In this document: positions 14,974-28,075 of the stretch, piece after piece | How positions within the stretch are numbered: position 1 is the stretch's first letter | Layout of the letters: every line of letters starts with the position of its first letter | Assembly (NCBI RefSeq): GCF_006345805.1 | Contig: NC_042998.1 | Coordinates: 89,962,001-90,026,000, forward strand | DNA: 64,000 nucleotides | Source: Octopus sinensis | Lineage: Eukaryota | Reading direction: 5' to 3' | Made by a program: the position numbers and the translations under genes | The notes under the pieces: model-generated | What the model saw: the letters and a program-made list of their open reading frames with translations, nothing else | Databases searched by the model: none | Told to the model about the DNA's origin: nothing

Positions 14974-15176
14974 AACTAACATTTACATTGCAATAGTTAC
15001 GACTAAGAACTGGAGAAGAAATATTACGTAATTCATACCTCTGTACTTCGACAAACACTTTCTCACTTTACTTAGAAAACATTTACTTCATAATACATGT
15101 ACTATATAGACATCATTCACACACACACACACACACATACACACACACACACACATACACATGCATCCATATACGA

Positions 15177-15670
<494 letters not shown>

Positions 15671-16049
15671 TGTATATATATATATACACACACACATGCA
15701 CATTATATACACACGTTTACGTATGTATACATGTGTGCGTATGTGTGTGTGTGTGTAGGAAACATTGAAGTTGAAAATGCACTGAGAATAGTTAAAATAT
15801 TTTTTATATATTTTCAAAAACTTCAAATAGAAATACGTGGCTTATGTCGCAGCTGTCTTGCTTCTAAATTTCTTTATTTGCCTATAAGCGCATACATAGA
15901 AAGGACAGAACAGATGCGAGGACAAAACAAGGACAGTCATACACAGGGTTGGTGTTACAATCATGATAAATTGGAATAAATCGAGATGATAAACCGAACA
16001 TTAAATCGAGAAATGGAAATGCGAGTAAAAATATAATAGTTAAAAATAT

Positions 16050-16722
16050 AGTTCTTGGGTTTTTGTTTAACCCACCGGTTTTTTCCGTTTTTTTCTTTAT
16101 TTTTTCCTCCTTTTTCGCCTTGACCGGCTACACTAGCACGGCCCTATTCACTCTCAACTTTCTTACAACAGTTATCCATCGTTTTCCGAACACACTTTGA
16201 GGCAGACACCTTCTCTCCAGACGGATCTTAACAGGTGGAAGTTGAAGTAACTTATCAACCTTTGTCTGGAGATAAAGAGGCCTGTCTCAATTCTTTTTGT
16301 ACGTGTCATCCATACTGTATCTTTCAGTATGGCTACTACGCAGAAAAAAGATGCCTTCCTTTCCTTGTTAAAGGAGGAAGGCGGTGCGATCTTAATCATG
16401 GACTCAGTCGAGAGCCGTACTCTTTCTGCATCCGACATCAGTTGTTCGACATAGGTTATCAATTCCCTCAGCTCCTCACAATGTGCGAAGTCGTGCGCGA
16501 CAGTTTCACTCGGGCGTGTGGGGGCGATGTCAAACCCGTGTCTCGACAACCTCTCTCGAACCGGCAAAGCCGATCGATAGCACAACCAAGCCAAGGTTGT
16601 CTGGAAGTTATCCAGATACCTCGGCCCGAATGTCCTTCCGGACAGGTTGGTTGGCTGCTCCTCATCGAAGCCTAGAGCCTCCCCTAGGACGTCGTCGGAC
16701 TCAAACTCTACCAACCCTCTGG
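16050..16722 (-). mobile_element. 5'-truncated Tx1-clade L1 fragment (ORF2 C-terminus and 3' UTR)
   Basis: ORF 16172-16714 (DDVLGEALGFDE...YLDNFQTTLAWLCYRSALPVRERLSRHG) is clearly homologous to the C-terminus of ORF2 at 53.8-54.4 kb. The 3' limit is approximate. Confidence 0.85.
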
Positions 16723-17014
16723 ATGGTTGTACATTTACAGATTTTTATTAATATGCCACATGTTTTTATAAATCATATATAATAGCGCTTGCATCTACTC
16801 TAGTAGATTCTTCAGATTTAAATTTGTTTGAGAGGATTCGTCTCTTTTTATAGTATTATTGAGTGTGTAGGGGTGGAGAGAGATATAGGATAGTAAAACA
16901 GGGTGAGGAATGGGGAGAAAGTGAGAAAGAGTGTGTGTGTTTGCGTGTGTGTGTATGTGTGTTTGTCTGTGTATCTGAAAGGAGTGTCAATGGAAAAGAG
17001 AAGGAAAAAGGTAA

Positions 17015-17751
17015 GACAACACTTTTTATTCTTGGAGCTGATCAGTGGCTTCACTGCAGGTGCTCTTGCTTGTAGGTCATGTTCAACTAAACGACGAGAC
17101 ACAGTTTTTCGAGATAAAGTTTTCTTCAATACAATGCTCATTTTCCGAGAAACAGCAGCAGCAGTTTTAAATCTGTCCTTTTTAACCAACTTTACCATAG
17201 CACGATCTTCTCTTTTGGTCGTTTTTCTTGGCCTACCTGTAAACTTTCTTGCTTCACACGAACCACAATCATCGTAGACCTTAAGAATACCGTGTACAAC
17301 ACTTTTTGACTTGTTAACAATCTTTCTTTGCAATAGATCCAATACTTAAATTATCCTTCCTTCGAAGCTTAATAATCTGCTGACGAATTGGTAACGGAGT
17401 AAGTGGCATTATATTAACAAAGTACACTGCAAATATTCTTACTAATATTTAGTAAACGAACCGTCACGTAAACAAATTCAAAACATTAGAGTTCGCCGGT
17501 TAAATATACTAAAACACGAAGTAAATTCAACCGTTCTGATCATTTTGGCCGCCATGGGTTTTGCAGTAAATCACTAAATTATCCATAACTTTTGTATTAT
17601 CCTCTCAAATTACACCAAAATCTCAGGCAATAACAAATGATATCGTATTTATTGTCTGTGAAAATTATAGAATATAAAACAACTTTGATAAAAAATTATA
17701 TCTTCTTTTCTGACGAAAACAATGCCGTTCTGAACATTTTGACCGCAACTG
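17015..17751 (-). mobile_element. Tc1-like transposon, 5' half with IR/DR-type ~220-bp TIR
   Basis: TIR starts CAGTTGCGGTCAAAATGTTCAGAACGG at 17751 after TA, with an inner direct repeat at ~17529-17552. Transposase N-terminus (GRPRKTTKREDR...TVSRRL) is in ORF 16848-17342. Confidence 0.9.
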
Positions 17752-17769
17752 TATATATATACTATATAT

Positions 17770-17811
<42 letters not shown>

Positions 17812-17839
17812 ATATATATATATTAATTTATATATATTA

Positions 17840-18223
17840 ATTATATATAGAGGGCATTATACATACATGCCAGAGGGCATTATACATACATGCCACACGC
17901 TAAGAGGGACAATTAGTCATTTCTACCAAAAATATTACTAATCCCACCGAATGCAATTTTTCAAAGTAAGACATTTAGAAAATATAGACCTGTATCACAG
18001 TGATTTCATACTTACGTATTCATCAGCAGGCCTGGATGTATCATAAATAAACGACCCTGTCCCGCTTAAGCCGATCAGCTAACTGATCAACATCAACGAA
18101 GCACATGGGTGAGATTACATATATTACATCCTGTAAATGGCATACTTTTACGAATTGCATTTCGGGAAAGGAAAAGTTTTTTCGGAATAAAAGTTTAGCA
18201 AGTAGTTGTCCTTAATTGCTAAA
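17840..18223 (-). mobile_element. Monomeric copy of the hammerhead-bearing (retrozyme-like) repeat
   Basis: Reverse-complement homolog of the 48259-49369 units, flanked by (TA)n on both sides, with an empty LINE target site. Confidence 0.85.
17986..18033 (-). ncRNA. Type I hammerhead ribozyme motif
   Basis: Minus strand: AGGCCUG CUGAUGA AUAC-GUAA-GUAU GAAA UCACUGUGA UA|CAGGUCU. All core nucleotides are present, stem II is a perfect 4 bp, and stem I has one G.U pair. Confidence 0.85.
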
Positions 18224-18225
18224 TC

Positions 18226-18256
<31 letters not shown>

Positions 18257-18359
18257 ATATAAGAAATGGAAAACAAAACAATATATTGAACAATTATAAA
18301 TTCAATTGAAATATTTTATACGAACAAATGGAAATGTATGTATATATACGTATATTTTT

Positions 18360-19020
18360 TGATTTTTTGATTTTTGATTTTTTAGTTTCAGCTCATGAGC
18401 TGTGGCCATGCTGGGGCACCGCCATTTGGTGTTGCTACATGGTTTTACTTCACGAAAGCTTTTTAGCGACTGCCATTTGGTGCATGAGAGAGTTCGATGC
18501 AGCTGCCCTCATCTGCACCTCCTGCCGTGAAGTTGGTTCATCTGGGACACCTGACAGGAAGAGATCCAGTTTCATTTTAAAGACATCTGCATCCACTCCA
18601 TGCAGGTCTCTCAGGTTCTTCGGGAGGATATTGAAGAGCTGTGGGCCTCGGAAGCCCAGGCTATCACAGTATCTTGTCCTACATCTTGATGGTAAATTTG
18701 GAGTCCTAGGCACCACGCAGTGGCGCCCAGTTCTGGCATTTGTGTAACTCTCGATGCCAAAGTTCGGGACACGTCCCTCCAGGATCTTCCAGATGTATAT
18801 TATGGCATATCTTTCCCGCCTACGCTCCAAGGAATATAGTTTTAATCTCTTGAGTCTTTCCCAGTAGCTTACATTCTGCATAGAGGCTATCTTCTTCGTG
18901 TAGCTACGTTGGATCGCCTCGAGTTCTGTGATCAACTTGACACTGGATGGTGACCATAACTGAGAGCAATAGTCAAAGTGGCTTAGGACAAGTGTCCTCC
19001 AGAGGACCATCATGGTTTCT
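18360..19020 (-). mobile_element. 5'-truncated CR1-group LINE (ORF2 C-terminus and 3' tail)
   Basis: ORF 18450-19013 reads LVLSHFDYCSQLWSP...LEAIQRSYTK...YSLERRRERY, the typical CR1/L2-group post-RT region. The tail is (AAAAATC)n. Confidence 0.85.
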
Positions 19021-19041
19021 TGTATATGTGGATTATATATA

Positions 19042-19421
19042 CACTTGCGTCAGAAATTAATTAGCACTTCTCAAATTTCTACATTAAATAGGTTAAATCA
19101 ATTAACCTATGAGCTGTTCAAAACGTCTTACGCGATGAGAAAACTTAGTATGGTGTGATTTCGGTCCTTGCGAGGCGCTACCTATATCTATTAAACAAAG
19201 GAAGATTTGTCTGCATCCGCACTCCAAGTTGTTGTTGCACTGCTATGTCAACATCATAAGGCTGTAGACTCTCAAACTGCTCTGCAAACAAAGTTACGTC
19301 ATCGTTCTGCGCAACAGTGAACTCGCAACAAAGCAATAGTTCGAGATATGGCCACTAGGTGACAGCACATACCTTGAGTGAAGAGCAAATCAAGGGTGCT
19401 AATTAATTTCTGACGGTAGTG
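19042..19421. mobile_element. Tc1/mariner-type MITE (380 bp)
   Basis: TIRs CACTTGCGTCAGAAATTAATTAGCAC / GTGCTAATTAATTTCTGACGGTAGTG flanked by TA. Confidence 0.8.
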
Positions 19422-19518
19422 TATATATATGTGTGTGTGTGTGTGTTTGTGTCTGTATATATGCATATGTGTATATCTGTGTATAGATATTTACTTATTT
19501 ATTTATTTACATCGTGGT

Positions 19519-19875
19519 ACTCCGTCGGTTGCGACGACGAGGGTTCCAGTTGATCCGATCAACGGAACAGCCTGCTCGTGAAATTAACGTGCAAGTGGCT
19601 GAGCACTCCACAGACACGTATACTCTTAACGTAGTTCTCAGGAAGATTCAGTGTGGCACAGAGTGTGACAAGGCTGACCCTTTGAAATACAAGTACAACA
19701 GAAACAGAAAGAAAGAGTGAGAGAAAGGTGTGGTGAAAGTGTACAGATTCACCACCACCACCCCTGATGGAGGCTCGTGGAGCTTTAGGTGTTTTCGTTC
19801 AATAAGTACTCACAACGCCCAGTCTAGGAATCGATCGCGAGTCCGCTGCCCTGACCACTGGGCCATTGCACCTCC
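19519..19875 (-). mobile_element. tRNA-derived SINE
   Basis: Head GGAGGTGCAATGGCCCAGTGGTCAGGGCAGCGGAC...TCGATTCC; tail ...GAACCCTCGTCGTCGCAACCGACGGAGT. Confidence 0.85.
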
Positions 19876-19885
19876 ACTAATAGAA

Positions 19886-20207
19886 GCACTCCGTCGGTTA
19901 CGACGACGAGGGTCCCAGCTGATATGGTCAACGGAACAGCTTGCTCATGAAATTAACGTGCAAGTAACTGAACACTCCACAGACACGTGTAACCTTAATG
20001 CAGTTCTCGGGGAGATTCAGCGTGACACAGAATGTGACAAAGCTGGCCCTTTGAAATACAGGTAATAATCATTTTTGCCAGCTGAGTGAACTGGAGCAAC
20101 GTGAAATAAAGTGTCTTGTTCAAGGACATAACGTGTCGCTGGGAATTGAACTCACGATCTTACGATCGTGAGCCGAATGCCCTAACCACTAAGCCACGCA
20201 CCTTCAC
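19886..20207 (-). mobile_element. tRNA-derived SINE with a different head but the same 3' tail as its neighbour
   Basis: Head GTGAAGGTGCGTGGCTTAGTGGTTAGGGC...GTTCAATTCC. The ~150-bp tail is shared with 19519-19690. Confidence 0.85.
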
Positions 20208-20443
20208 GCTTATTCATATATGGGAAGTGGTATACATCTATATATATAAGAACGTCTTTGTGTAGATATTATGGTGTATATATCTAATATATATGTATCT
20301 AGGTATATATAGGGGGAGTATATATAAGTATAGATGGTTTGTTGAATGTATAATGTAGGCACATATGGGTAGCTGTGTGGATTTATAGCTGTGTAAGGAT
20401 ATGTATGTGTATATATGTAAAACCGTGTGTATGTATGTATATA

Positions 20444-20480
<37 letters not shown>

Positions 20481-20869
20481 TATACTGCAGTGTGCTTAAA
20501 CTTTCGCTTATGAATTATATATGTTTAGAGTATTGTGGTATAAGTAATAGCAGAAAGAATATCTGAGTAAATAGTTTTCATTGTTAGGGTTCGTTGCCCC
20601 ATCGTTTTTAAATCGAAGCATTATACAATGATGTAGTTCTAGAAATGATATATCTGAATATAAAATGTGGTGACTATGGCTGACCATTCATTGATCATAG
20701 TTCAGTGGGATCAGGTCGGACCTGAAGTTAAAATAAAAAACATTGTTGCTTTGCATTAAACTTAATGCGAGTAAACATTTTCTACAATGAACGTTGCTCT
20801 ATATTTTAGCTAATTATTTTCAGCTATATTTCTATTCATTTTTTTGCTTGTACTCGATTTTCACATTAG

Positions 20870-20946
<77 letters not shown>

Positions 20947-21189
20947 ATACACGCACACAGAAATACACACACAAATAAACACATACATACACACACACAA
21001 ACACACACAGATATATATGTATATATACACATATATATATATGTTTATATGTGTGTGTGCATATATATATATACATATATATATATACATACATATATAT
21101 ATATACACAAACACACACACGCACATACATACATATATATAATATATATATATAATTAATTTTATTGTATCGCATTTATCTTTGTTTAC

Positions 21190-21233
<44 letters not shown>

Positions 21234-21487
21234 ATATGTATATAAAACATTATATTCCAAACATCGTGTTTCTAGTAATATACATATATATCTCAGACTA
21301 AAAATACCTATCGTAAATAATATGTAATACATAGATCCTTTTGTCTGTATAATTTGATTTTCTGACTGCCTAAATAAATCTTCTTTCAATGAAAATGTGT
21401 GCGTATATACATACATACATACATACATACATACATGCATGCATGCATACATACATACATACATACATACATGCACATATATATATA

Positions 21488-21543
<56 letters not shown>

Positions 21544-22030
21544 TGCGTGTATATGTGTATGTGCGTATGTATGCATATCTATATATACATACATCTATGT
21601 ATGTCTCTGTGTGGGCAACAGAAAGAAAAGGAAAGCTAGAAGTGATAGCTAGATAGTTTATTTAGGTATATATATATATATACACACACAGACACGCACA
21701 CACACATACACATATACACATATACATGTACACACATAAACACACAGAGAAAGAGATAGAGATAGACCACACCCATTGAAACGTTTGCATATAGTAGAAC
21801 AGTATTTATGAGTTTCATGTATGTATGCATGTCTACACACACACATACACTTATCTACATATACATTTATATATGTGTGTGAGCATACATACGTACACGC
21901 GCACACATGCACACACACACATATATATATATTATATATATACTTATATATGTGTATATACAAGCATATATGCATACATATCTTATTGTATATGCAAGTA
22001 GACACACATGAGTACATACAATACACGCAT
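20870..22030. repeat. Extended CA/TA/TACA low-complexity region
   Basis: Directly visible. Confidence 0.9.
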
Positions 22031-22648
22031 ACATAAGGTATACGTGCGTAAAAGTAAACGTGTTTGTAAATGAAGAGATCATACCCAATTTTACCGTTGC
22101 GTTTGTTGTTTTTTTTTTCTAAGAATTTTGAAATGTGACGCTAAACTCAACGCACGCCTGTTGTGTTTCCCGTTTCTGTCTAGTGAAGATGTTTAACGAA
22201 CAAATGTTGTCAAGAAGCGGGTGTAGAATTTGAACTGCTAAATCGTTATCACACAGTAGATTGATTATATGAGAAAGTGATTAGATATAGGATTTCGCGT
22301 GTCACTCAAGAATCCTAGAATATATTCTTATGAGTTAGACAAGTTTATCTAATATCTACGTGGCGTGTATTGCAGAGAAATAGATAAAGGTTCCGACAAA
22401 ACGAACCTCGTCGAAAACGTTTCCATTCTAGCTCTCATCCAATTTACTTTCATATCATTTTCTTGAAGACCAAGGGTAAGCATTCAAGGTTCTTAATAGT
22501 AACTTCCTTAATAACAGTTGTAAGTCATTTTCTTGCTCTGTTAAATTTAATCATCATCGCAAGCAACGTAGAGTAAGACATCATTGATCTGATCTGACAC
22601 TGCTATCTTAGGAAATGTATGAGACACCACTTAAAATTTTGTGCCCTT

Positions 22649-22710
<62 letters not shown>

Positions 22711-24098
22711 ATATGCATATGTGGACACAGACATCACGAACGTGTACAACAAAAAATACGAAATACGAGTACATGGAATATGGACTATTTTTCGAACGAA
22801 GACACAAATGGAAAACAAGGCAAGCAACATAAAGAACGACCCTCCATCAGTTGTTGGCTGTTTTTCTACTCTCGTATTTCGAGTATTTAGCAACAATATA
22901 CGTTTTGAATAAAACAGTTTCTTCCGCAAAGCAAATAAATAAAATTTGGGATTTTGCGGAGGGTCAAAACTGGTAACACAAGCAGGACAGTGAAAACAAA
23001 CAGGAAGGTCTATGGTGGTGAACGCGTAAATCAAGCTTGGACAGGAGACAGACAAGAACACGTCTTCCTTGTTCCAGCTACAACAGAGAGAAAGAAAGAA
23101 ACACAAGTTAGAAGAAGAAAGAAAGATGGCCGATAGTCACGTGGGAGCCAAGTGAGCAAGGGAGGTGGAGTGAGGGAGAGAGAGCGACAGAGTAATAGGA
23201 TAGAATGGTCAGAGAAGAGGAGGTAAAAGAATAAGAGAGAGAAAGATAGAAAAACCAAGTAAAAAGATCGTATAGAGTGAACATCAGAATTATTAAGATA
23301 TATATATACATGCGTGTTTGTATGTATGTATGTATATATATATGTGTTTGTGTGCATGTGTGTGTTTGTATAAGTAATGATCATAGCCACTTAAGTATGG
23401 CTGTTCCGTAGGAACCGACGCAACTGATATTTTTAACCCCAGGAGGACGCCTCCTCCAGCTGGTTATTTGATACAACCTGCACCTGATATATATTGCAAG
23501 TAGGATAGTGAACCCTTACCATTTTCCAGCCGCGAGACCCCGAGACCGAAGAGCTTCGACCACTTTAGGGTCATCTTCGGTAGTGGATACTCATCCGCTA
23601 GAGATAGCAGTAGTTGACTCCAGCTCGCAATATATATTTACTGCTTTCATCTCTTATAGAGATTTTCTAACACATTGTGTGTGAACAGCTAGCAACACGC
23701 CATAACACCACAAGCATCAAACGTGGAGCGAAATATGTAAATCTTATAACTTTTGAAGTATGTTACGTCACATGATGAGGCTCTCTGCGCTGTGCGATGC
23801 ATCTGATGGCATTACATCGTTCCCCGCCCACTAGGGCAGCCGAAACGATTGTTGTGCTACACAAAGCTTCTAGTTACACTCCATCTCCGTATCAATCAGT
23901 ATATATATATATATTGATTAATTTTAATCCTTCAGCTATTTAATGCCTTTTCGGACCTGCAATCGCCTATATTACTGATTTTGTTATTATCATTTTTAAA
24001 TTGTTACACTGGATAATAACAGCGTCAGTGATAACTTCGCGAATTATTTTTTCGTGAATTATTTGCTCCGTATTGAATATATATATATATATAATATA

Positions 24099-24197
<99 letters not shown>

Positions 24198-24784
24198 CAT
24201 ATATATATATATATATTATATAATATACATATGAATATATATGTGTGTACATAATTATTTACAACACGTTATTTATCCACATACATACGTACATCATACA
24301 CACGTACACAGGCATTCATATGTTTATATATAGAGAGAGATACCCTATTATATTTGAAGATTCAAAGAAAAGCTGTCCTTCATATTGTATATCAATATTT
24401 GCATAGATTGATATGGACAGGTTCGTTCCAACATTGGCCATTTTCTGTATCAGATTTGATTTGTTTACATATGTTATCTTGTATAATTTACTATGTGTTC
24501 TGAGATTGTAATTCTATTGGAGCAGGAGACATAGATATAATTGTTTGAAGGGTCTATATCCACATATGCTTATGTATTTATATCCTCGTTTTCGCATTTA
24601 TTGTCTGCATTTATCGTGTATAAGTATGTCTCACACTGCTTTCTCTCTCTTTCGTTACATACATTCATACATATATGTGTATGAATGTGCGTATGCATCT
24701 TCACACCATACACTCATACATACGTATGCATGTATGCATATATGTGTATCTACATCTATCTATCAATCTATCCATCTCTCTCTA

Positions 24785-24823
<39 letters not shown>

Positions 24824-24840
24824 GTATGTATATATATACA

Positions 24841-25092
24841 TGTGGAGGCACGTGGCTTAGTGGTTAGGGTGTCAGCATCATGATCGTAAGACTGTGGTTT
24901 CGATTCCTGGACCGGGTGACGCGTTGTGTTCTTGAGGAAAACACTTCATTTCACGTTGCTCCAGTCCACTCAGCTGGCAAAAATGAGTAACACTGCGATG
25001 GACTGGAGAACACATACGCTGGGGAACACATACGCCATTAAAATCGGGAAACCGGGCCCATGAGCCAGGCTAGGCTTTAAAAGGGCGCATTT
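24841..25092 (+). mobile_element. tRNA-derived SINE
   Basis: GGAGGCACGTGGCTTAGTGGTTAGGG...TTCGATTCCTGG head. The body is shared with 20050-20207. Confidence 0.8.
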
Positions 25093-25439
25093 ATATATAT
25101 ATTCACATGTGTGTGTGTGTGTGAGTGCATGGCCTAGTAGTTAGGGTGTTGTACCAACAATTGTGAGATCATAGTTTCAATTCCTGGACCGGGTAGTGTG
25201 TTGTGTACCTACGCAAAACAATTCAACCCACGTTGCTCTATGATCACTCCGACACCTAACGTGTGGATCACTGCGCACTACAGGCCACGTCGTTTTGATG
25301 TGGTGAGTGAGCTAATATACAACAGTAAAAAGAACTCATTTGGGCTGGTTGCTCAGCAAGAAATTGCAGAACCGGTTCCCTCGGACTACGAGAGACTACC
25401 ATCATTTATCTATCTATCTATCTCTCGTTCTCTCTTTCT

Positions 25440-25479
<40 letters not shown>

Positions 25480-25491
25480 CTCTCTCTTTCT

Positions 25492-25542
<51 letters not shown>

Positions 25543-25563
25543 GAGAGAGAGAGAGAGAGAGAT

Positions 25564-25615
<52 letters not shown>

Positions 25616-25616
25616 G

Positions 25617-26847
25617 CAGGTATATGACAGAAGTAAATAGACACCCTTATAATTATTAAGATTTCTTTAACTCTGAAATTATACATTCAAATTATTTAAT
25701 AATTGTTGTAATATGAATATTTAATATTTAGTAGATATGCCCTTTGTATTTTTCAATGCAAGGACCCTGTTAGGCATGTTTCTGATCCGATTATGAATAT
25801 TCTACAGAATTTCTTGCCAAGTTTCATGCAGTAATCTCAAAAGATCTGGCTTTGAAGATGCTTTCTTGTTCTTTTTAAGACGTGTCCCGTCCATTATGTC
25901 CCAGAGGTGTTCAATAAGGTTAATATCTGGTGATTGGCTTAGCCATGGAAGCTTTTTAATGCCATTCTCATTCAACAAATCTTGGGCCATTTTATCCATG
26001 TGACATGAGGCCCTATTTTCCATAAAAAGTCTTCTTTAATCATTTCACCACTAGAGAAGATTAGAAGGAGTCCTTTCTGCAATATGGACAGATATCTGAG
26101 TTTATGTTTCCCTCACTCTCCACCAGCTCTGATCAACCAATGATCCAAATTGCTCCCCAGACCATCATAGAATAACTGCTGTGTTTCATTGTTGGCTGCA
26201 AACTTTTCGCATCAAATTCTTGATCACAGTCTCCAGACCTACACACGACTACTGTCAGGAAATACAGCAAATCTGAACTCACCAGAGAATATGACAGTGT
26301 CCCAAATTGCTAGTGGCCTCTCCACCATCTCACTGGCTCAAACTTTTCTCCGTTTGATGTTGGCTGGTCGAAGAAGAGGCTTCCTTCTTGCTGCCCTGCC
26401 TCAGTAACCAAGTTTGTGGAGATACCTGACAGCTGTTCTGGGACTGACATCAACTTGTTCTGCTATGTCAGAGGCCTTGCAATGAGGATTATCCTCTACA
26501 CTTCTCTTAGCAAAGAGAAGGGTCCTGTCGGAGGGCCCTGGTTGATCTGGGCGAGGTGATGTGGACTCCTCCGCTCTGGTGAATTGCACAATCACTCTAT
26601 TAACTGTAGAAAGCGAGATCCCAAGGTTTTCTGCGATTTTACTCTGTGTTCACCTTAAGAATGACCCACAATACGGCCTCTTTGAAATTCAGACAGTTCT
26701 AAGGCTTCTTTTGCACATGTCGCGGTTAAACAGTTACATATAGAATCTGAAACAAAGATGTGAATTAATAAAAAATATAAACCTTTACAAATCAGAATAA
26801 CATAAAACGATGTTTTCTGAGGTGTCTAGTTACTTCTGCTATGCCTG
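25617..26847 (-). mobile_element. Defective Tc1-like transposon
   Basis: TIRs CAGGCATAGCAGAAGTAACTAGACACC / CAGGTATATGACAGAAGTAAATAGACACC. Transposase remnants include ...WLSQSPDINLIEHLWD (DDE C-terminus) and an HTH region (ORFs 25802-26023 and 26401-26595). Confidence 0.9.
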
Positions 26848-26881
26848 TATATATACATACATACATACATACATACATACA

Positions 26882-26969
<88 letters not shown>

Positions 26970-26973
<4 letters not shown>

Positions 26974-27422
26974 GTGATCCCATAAATAATATATACTGCT
27001 TTTATTTTTCAAAATTAAGATAAACAATGTTCATTTTTAATCTAAAATATCCTCTCCTTCATTTTCTACAATGCTCTTCCATGTATCTTGTAGACATGCA
27101 AGGCCACTCTTTCACTTGTCCGTGACGAAAAATACTCTTCCAGTACTGTTCTGACCTCGTCTACAGAATTCATATATTTTCTGTCCAAATGGTTTTGAAG
27201 ACTGCAGAATAAATGATAATCAGATGGGGCAATGTCCGGCGAATATGGCGAGTGGAGCATCGTTTCCCATTCAAACTGTTGCAGCCTTTGGAATGTCATC
27301 CTCGCTGTATGTGGCCGAGCATTATCCTGGTGGAAGAATACCTTTCGTCTTGAAACCAAAAATGTTCGGTGTTTTTGTTTTCCAGTGCAAGTGTTCATAA
27401 ATGGTTGAATGACCAAATCCAA
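26970..27422 (-). mobile_element. Mariner transposase 3' fragment with terminal repeat
   Basis: FHQDNARPHTAR...HSPYSPDIAPSDYHLF (mariner D,D34D / YSPDLAP motif). The terminus TTGGGTGATCCCATAA abuts (TA)n. Confidence 0.85.
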
Positions 27423-27525
27423 GCTTCTTTGCTAGCTCCTCAACAGTTACTCATTTACTTACTTACTTTTTCGTTGCGTCTTGCACCCTTTTCAATAGTC
27501 GACTATTGAAAAGGTTGCAACAGCT

Positions 27526-28075
27526 TATTTTTAAATCTAGTGTGGTATTTCGGTTAACTTCCCTTAATGTTTGTATGTCTATTTCCTTTACTCGTTTAAT
27601 CCCATCATCTCTTAATGATGTTGGGTAATGTCACCTGATTAGCGTTGATTTAAGTTCACGGAAAGTATGGTACAGATTATTTTCGCTAAATTATAAGGTA
27701 TATTCATTTTTATGTGTTTGGGATGGCATGAGTTGAATAATAGGTATGGTTTTGAATTTGTAGGTTTATAAAAGATGTCCGTTTCCATGTGGTTATTAAC
27801 TATTGCAATTAGGATGTCAAGAAAAGGAAGATGTTTATTGCTGTGTTACATGGTGAATTGCTATTGAGGTTGCTATTGATATTGTTGAGTATTATTTTGA
27901 AATCCAGGAGTTTGTCCATAATATCGTTCCAGAGTATAAAACAATCATCTAAGTACCCTTTCCAGTTCTCTAAATAGCAATGACATGAGACCATATTTTT
28001 GTTGTGATAAATGGTATATTTTAAGTTTTAGATAACTCATTACAAGGTTCGCAATCACTGGGGGAACTCGAGTTC
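27526..28075 (-). mobile_element. Penelope-like element RT/thumb segment (inverted)
   Basis: Minus strand reads GTRVPPVIANLVM, GYLDDCFILW, NKHLPFLDIL, DIFYKPTNSKPYLLFNSCHP (PLE RT motifs), with frameshifts. Confidence 0.85.
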
